Position numbers and translations under genes: made by a program. The notes under the pieces were generated by a model that was given only the letters and a program-made list of their open reading frames with translations, was not told the DNA's origin and did no database searches. 64,000 nt of DNA, from assembly GCA_965235115.1 (NCBI GenBank), contig OZ249440.1, forward strand, positions 9,300,001 to 9,364,000, given 5' to 3'. This document shows, in pieces, positions 59,109 to 64,000 of the stretch (the stretch's first letter is position 1; every line of letters starts with the position of its first letter). The stretch is from Laetmonice hystrix (taxonomy: Eukaryota).

Positions 59109-59750
59109 CCAATAATCAATAAACAGGAATAGGCCTCATTGAAGACTCATTGAACTGTATAGGACTACTAGGATATAGCAAATACGGCACTTCAGCAGCA
59201 GGGATCGCTCCGTTTGCCACAGCACCCTTTGACCTCGAGCGAGAAGACGGAGCGCGCGTCCTCATGTGAACACCACCAGAGGGAGCCACGATCTTGTTCA
59301 CGCGGGAGACCGTCGTCCTTCTCACCAGAGGGTGCTGCAGTAGGCCTGCCCCCCTGTGACGTGATGTGACTGTAGCGTTGGCGACAGCACCCGAAGTTCC
59401 TAATACCAAGGGAGAGCAGTTTCCTTGCAATGTTTAAAAAGAAGAAGAAGAAGAAAAAGCCAGCGGTCCGAAGGGTAGCGGGGAGCGTCCGAGAACCGGT
59501 CGGGTAGTTCCCCCGCAGGACAAGGTGGTTTCTGGCGAACCTAGAGACACAGGGGGACAATGTTCCTGTAGCCCGTTGTCTGCGTGCCTTCGGCGGGTTA
59601 GGATGGATGTACATACAACAACCTTTGTTATATAGCTAGGCCATGCTTGGTCTGCAGAGCCGCCCATTAAGGCTGAAAGGTTGACATGTTTTGATATATA
59701 TAGAATGAGCGATGCTGATGCAGACTATATATATAGATTATATATATATA

Positions 59751-59756
59751 AATAAA
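59751..59756 (+). terminator. Candidate polyadenylation signal AATAAA (another at 59118-59123)
   Basis: AATAAA after a (TA)n run about 640 nt past the stop, followed by a U-rich stretch; motif only. Confidence 0.35.
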
Positions 59757-59826
59757 GCGCAATTGTTGACTTATTCTCCGCAGCAAGGGGTCGGGTGTGG
59801 AATGCTTCAAACTTGTATCCTTTGGA

Positions 59827-59885
59827 CATGGTGTGACCAGTCATGGTGTGACCAGTCATGGTGTGACCAGTCATGGTGTGACCAT
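59827..59885. repeat. 15-bp tandem repeat CATGGTGTGACCAGT, ~4 copies
   Basis: Direct reading. Confidence 0.9.
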
Positions 59886-60245
59886 TCAGCGGAACCTCCT
59901 CAGCAAATTGTACAAGTATCTAGGGGTAAAAAAAATGCAAGGTTGTTATTCTATAGAACATCTGGCATGCGGGGGATTTTCTAGACACATGCCCGATTTC
60001 AAACAGTGAAGCACATGGCCGTGCGTTCCTAGTTTTCCGTTTATTTAATGCGGCCTGTTCCAGATCAGGGTTAGGGGGCGTGCAGCCCCAGTAGACATGA
60101 CGTCACAGTAAATTTTGCTGCCATTTATAGTGTAAGATTGTAAAAGGTTTTTATTAAACTAACAGGGCTATCAGACGATGGTCAGCACTCTCCGGTGGGT
60201 TTTTGTATTCGGGCCACCACTGCGATCTCATTGGTTATTATTGTT

Positions 60246-60259
60246 GTTGCCATGGTAAC
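60246..60259. promoter_or_regulatory. RFX X-box GTTGCCATGGTAAC
   Basis: Match to the RFX consensus; motif only. Confidence 0.45.
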
Positions 60260-60937
60260 ATGGTGGTTGTGGGGAGTCGCCCAAGGCTTCTTCCTTTTCT
60301 AACTAGCAGGAAATTGTGTTAAGCCTTAAATCTCGGATTTGTAACTATTTCAGGGGAGAATTGCCAGTCTAGTGTGCCCAGTCTAGGAGTGATACGAATT
60401 AGTATTGGCAATGCATAGCTCGGGTGCGTATGGTACTGAATAAGGAATTATTATGCAAGATTTTTCATCAAAAATGATGTGCTTTCTGGTAAGGTTGGTT
60501 GGACGTTGAACCTAGTCACGTATTCGATGGCGGTGCTGAGTTGCACCGTATGTTGGTAAATCCTACTTTACACCTTATTTTATGTACAGTTTAAGACTTG
60601 ACTGGTTAGATAACAATATCGAGGGTCAGACAAAACTGTGTCGTAACTGCTAACGTGTCTCCCAAGTTGTGAGGAAGTAGCGTTGCACACATTTTCTGCC
60701 CCCGATGTTATATACTCAGGTTGGTGGTTTCCTGTTCAGTAACATTCCAGTGTTGGTCCGTTCCTAATTAATAGACGTTTTAGAAACTAGTGTTCAGAAT
60801 TTACAGCAATGAGAATGCCCCTGGATAGGTTATAAGCCTCAGTTAAGAGGAGCTATAGTGAAAAGACTGGTTAAGGCAGAGACTGGCAGTCTTGCGTGTT
60901 TATAGTTGCCTTTACCGAGGTTTTGGTGAGGTACTGG

Positions 60938-61205
60938 GGTCGGTCGGTCGTCGGCTGGTCGGTCGGTCGGTCGGTCGGTCGGTCGGTCGGTCGGTCGGTC
61001 GGTCGGTCGGTCGGGCCTATCTCTCCGACCTGGCTCGGTCGGTCGGTCGTCGGCTGGTCGGTCGGTCAGTCGGTCGGTCGGTCGGTCGGTCGGTCGGTCG
61101 CTGGGGCCTATCACTCCGACCTGGGTCGGTCGGTCGGTCGGTCGGTCGGTCGCTGGGGCCTATCTCCCCGACCTCGTTCGGTCGGTCGGTCGTCGGTCGG
61201 TCGGG
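60938..61205. repeat. (GGTC)n microsatellite interrupted three times by a GGGCCTATC(T/A)C(T/C)CCGACCT spacer
   Basis: Direct reading. Confidence 0.92.
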
Positions 61206-64000
61206 CAGGTTTGTTGCAGACACAGATCGGGGGGAAGCCTTGGTGTAAACAGTGCCACGGGTGTTCGATTGATGGCAGGCTACTTGTTCTGTGTATCGCC
61301 ATGGAAGCACAGTTAAAGTCGGCTTGAGGTGCAGACTTTTGTAAAGTTCCATTGGTTCATGTACCGGAATAAGTAGCCTTTCTCCCCTTCCCCGACTCTC
61401 CCCTGCCGCAATGATGCATTCTGTAGGAAAAGTCAGTTAGGAAATTGTGGGATGATTAAATTGCTTTATGTTGGAGGGCAGGGGAGGTAGGGGGGAAAGA
61501 AGGGTATAGGAACCTCTTGCAATGTAAGAGTATCATACTTGATATTAAGGTAAAACTATTATTATTCCTAATATTATTGTTTTATTGTTTGCGGCTCGAA
61601 GCGCGGCCCTATGGTATTTATAATGCAGACCAAGTCGGTAATCACCCAGATCGGTCGGCATCTAGTGTCCTTAAAAGGAAACCAAACTTTTCTATGTGTC
61701 GAGCGGGAGGAGGAAATCATAGCCAGAGTCAGGGGGTTGGATTGGAATACCAAGCCGGTTGATAGTATTCAAGTATGGGAAAATATACTACGTATCTACA
61801 CGAGTCTCAGACATTGAATCACCAAGCAATAGTGATGGAACCAGTCGGAACTTGGACCTGATTTCGTGATCATTTTTAGTTAGGATGCGTGATCCCTCCT
61901 CGCCCAAAACCATTGTGATGATCGCACAATCAAAACTCTTTAAATAGGAAAATAAAATGATTTTTTTCTGAAATATTATTATCCGATAAATGAATTTTTG
62001 GCTATTTTCGTTCTTATGGTTTTAAAAGCTGCCTCTCAGACAGTAGCCGTAAAGGCTTGCTCTGAATGTGGCTGATCGGATCCAAATTTAACTTATTAAT
62101 TACTAGTGCATTGATTCACATCATAAATGAACAGAACGTTATATTTTGCTAATTTGTGATATATTCAAGGTACACGTGATTTTGAGAGATGAGAATTTCA
62201 AGAGGTCTGAATGGCATTCTGCAAATGTACATTACTACTACCAAAACCAGGAATCTTAGTGAGCATTAGGTGCGGTGGTATTGTTGAAGGCCCTGCATTC
62301 TTACATAGCTGCCTACATGTATACGCCGTAGTGGAGTTAACAGTCCACTGCAGTGATTAGCACACTCAAAGTGTCCGCAGACCCCAGGGCATAGCTGACT
62401 GAGTTTCTGCGAAACAAATATGTAATTGTATATGTAATAATAACAATGACGTTTACTGGAATGAAATGTGAACATAGGTCATACATAGAAACCCCAACAA
62501 CAATTATAACGCAGGATAAGTATGAAAAAAAATATTTAAAAATATATATATAAAAAAAAACAAAAATAAAAAAGGGGTTGGGGTGAATATATGCTGTGTG
62601 TTCAACGTGTTTGTGGTTGGTTGGTTGGCTGGTTGGTTGGCAAAGGTCAAAACAGCTCGAGTAGTTAAATAAATAAAAAAAACACTGTAGCCGTTATATT
62701 GCATGTCAGTTATGTACATTGTGAACCTCAAGAACCCTACACTGTGAGGTGTATGGACGTACATACACACAGACAATTACCCATACTGGGGTTTTAGGAT
62801 TAGTTGTAGAAATAAACACTATGTATGTTGATATAAACGTAAATGACTATAAATACGAGAATTAGGTAACACCTCAAGCATATAAATATATATATAAATG
62901 TATATGTAACCCTGCCATATATATATATATGTGTGAGCCCAGTATGTCATGTCTGCGCCTCCTCCAGACTATTTTTGCAGCAGTTCAGTTTTTGAAAGTG
63001 ACTGAAGATCTCCGAAACGTTTTTGAAATATTTGAAGGGAACCAAATATGTTTTTAGACTCTTTAGTACATATACTGTTAGAAGATTGTGCATGAGTCGG
63101 TTCTCCTTGTACAGAGACCTAGCGTTGATACGGTTATACATAACAGAAAGTTAACCAAGAGAGAATGAAACTAATGCCTATTGACGAGGAATTTTTGTAC
63201 AGTTTTGTAATGCCTCCTGATAATGAGACAACCAGCTACGTGCAGTGCAATGCATCTGCCAGTAATAATACTATTACAACTACTACCACTACTATTACTT
63301 CTACTACTAAGACAATGTTGAAATGTAAAGCTGAACGTAGAGCTTCTAAACGACTGGAGACAACAGTCCCCTCCCATACACATATCTGTGCTTGGTGTGG
63401 CCGGCCGGGCAGGCGTCCCTGGCCCTCGTTGCAGTAGTCCAAAGCTTATGTTGTGTTGGTTGCCGTGCGCTGGTTTGAAGACGTGCGTACTGCCATATCA
63501 TAGCGTTTGTTGCACGCACACACACGCCCACATAACCCACGTACCCACTCACAGATCGCCGACTGGAGGAAGTGTATCTAAGCGGCAGTTTCAAGTCACT
63601 CTCCCAGGGATAGGGGGCCGTCGTATATAGGGCTATGCAGGATGATACAGATTCGATTCCCACGCCTCCCCTAGACCTCAGTGCATTACGGGGTGGAGTG
63701 CTGGGCGCCTCCAAAAATCCGAGGTATTATTATTATTATTATTATAATATTATGATTATAACCATTCCCTCTTCACGCCCCCAACCCTAACTCACGGTGG
63801 CCCCCACCGTAGGCTGCGCACAACCCTAGGTTTATTCAGGATCTATGGGACAAACTGACAGGCGTTTTCCATCGCTTCAGGCCTTAGAGCCCGCTCACAC
63901 ACTACTCAATACTTTTTAAAGGCAATTTTACAATAAGGTACTGTACGTGTATAAGTATGTATATACATGCTCTGGGATTTTAACTGTGTCTGCGTCTTCT

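Overview
Eukaryotic (animal, probably invertebrate) genomic DNA. Nearly the whole window is the central and 3' part of one + strand gene of the TIA-1/TIAR (TIA1/TIAL1, Drosophila Rox8-like) RNA-binding protein family. Nine coding exons can be joined with canonical GT-AG sites and consistent phases: 3895-3982, 23499-23574, 35355-35460, 41211-41303, 49001-49085, 49355-49520, 53585-53730, 55895-56007 and 59089-59108. They encode RRM2, RRM3 and a Q/Y/G-rich prion-like C-terminus; I found no RRM1 exons, so they are presumably upstream of the window. The introns (0.27-19.5 kb) contain about 20 mini/microsatellites, two MITE-like inverted repeats, G/C homopolymers and one 130-N assembly gap. Nearly all long ORFs in the supplied track are artefacts of tandem repeats. 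The best leads are: (i) a candidate TIA-autoregulated 51-nt cassette exon (17475-17525) with a weak GC donor, a U-tract and two hairpins, in the intron where mammalian TIA1/TIAL1 carry autoregulated exons; (ii) a triplicated exon end plus 5' splice site after the 35355-35460 exon; (iii) possible alternative C-termini that change prion-domain length; (iv) four otherwise unrelated minisatellites sharing a 12-bp core CACCWTWCAGTG; (v) a tandemly amplified E-box/CRE/CCAAT module, plus clusters of RFX, nuclear-receptor and CTCF motifs. All splicing and regulatory claims are predictions from sequence only.
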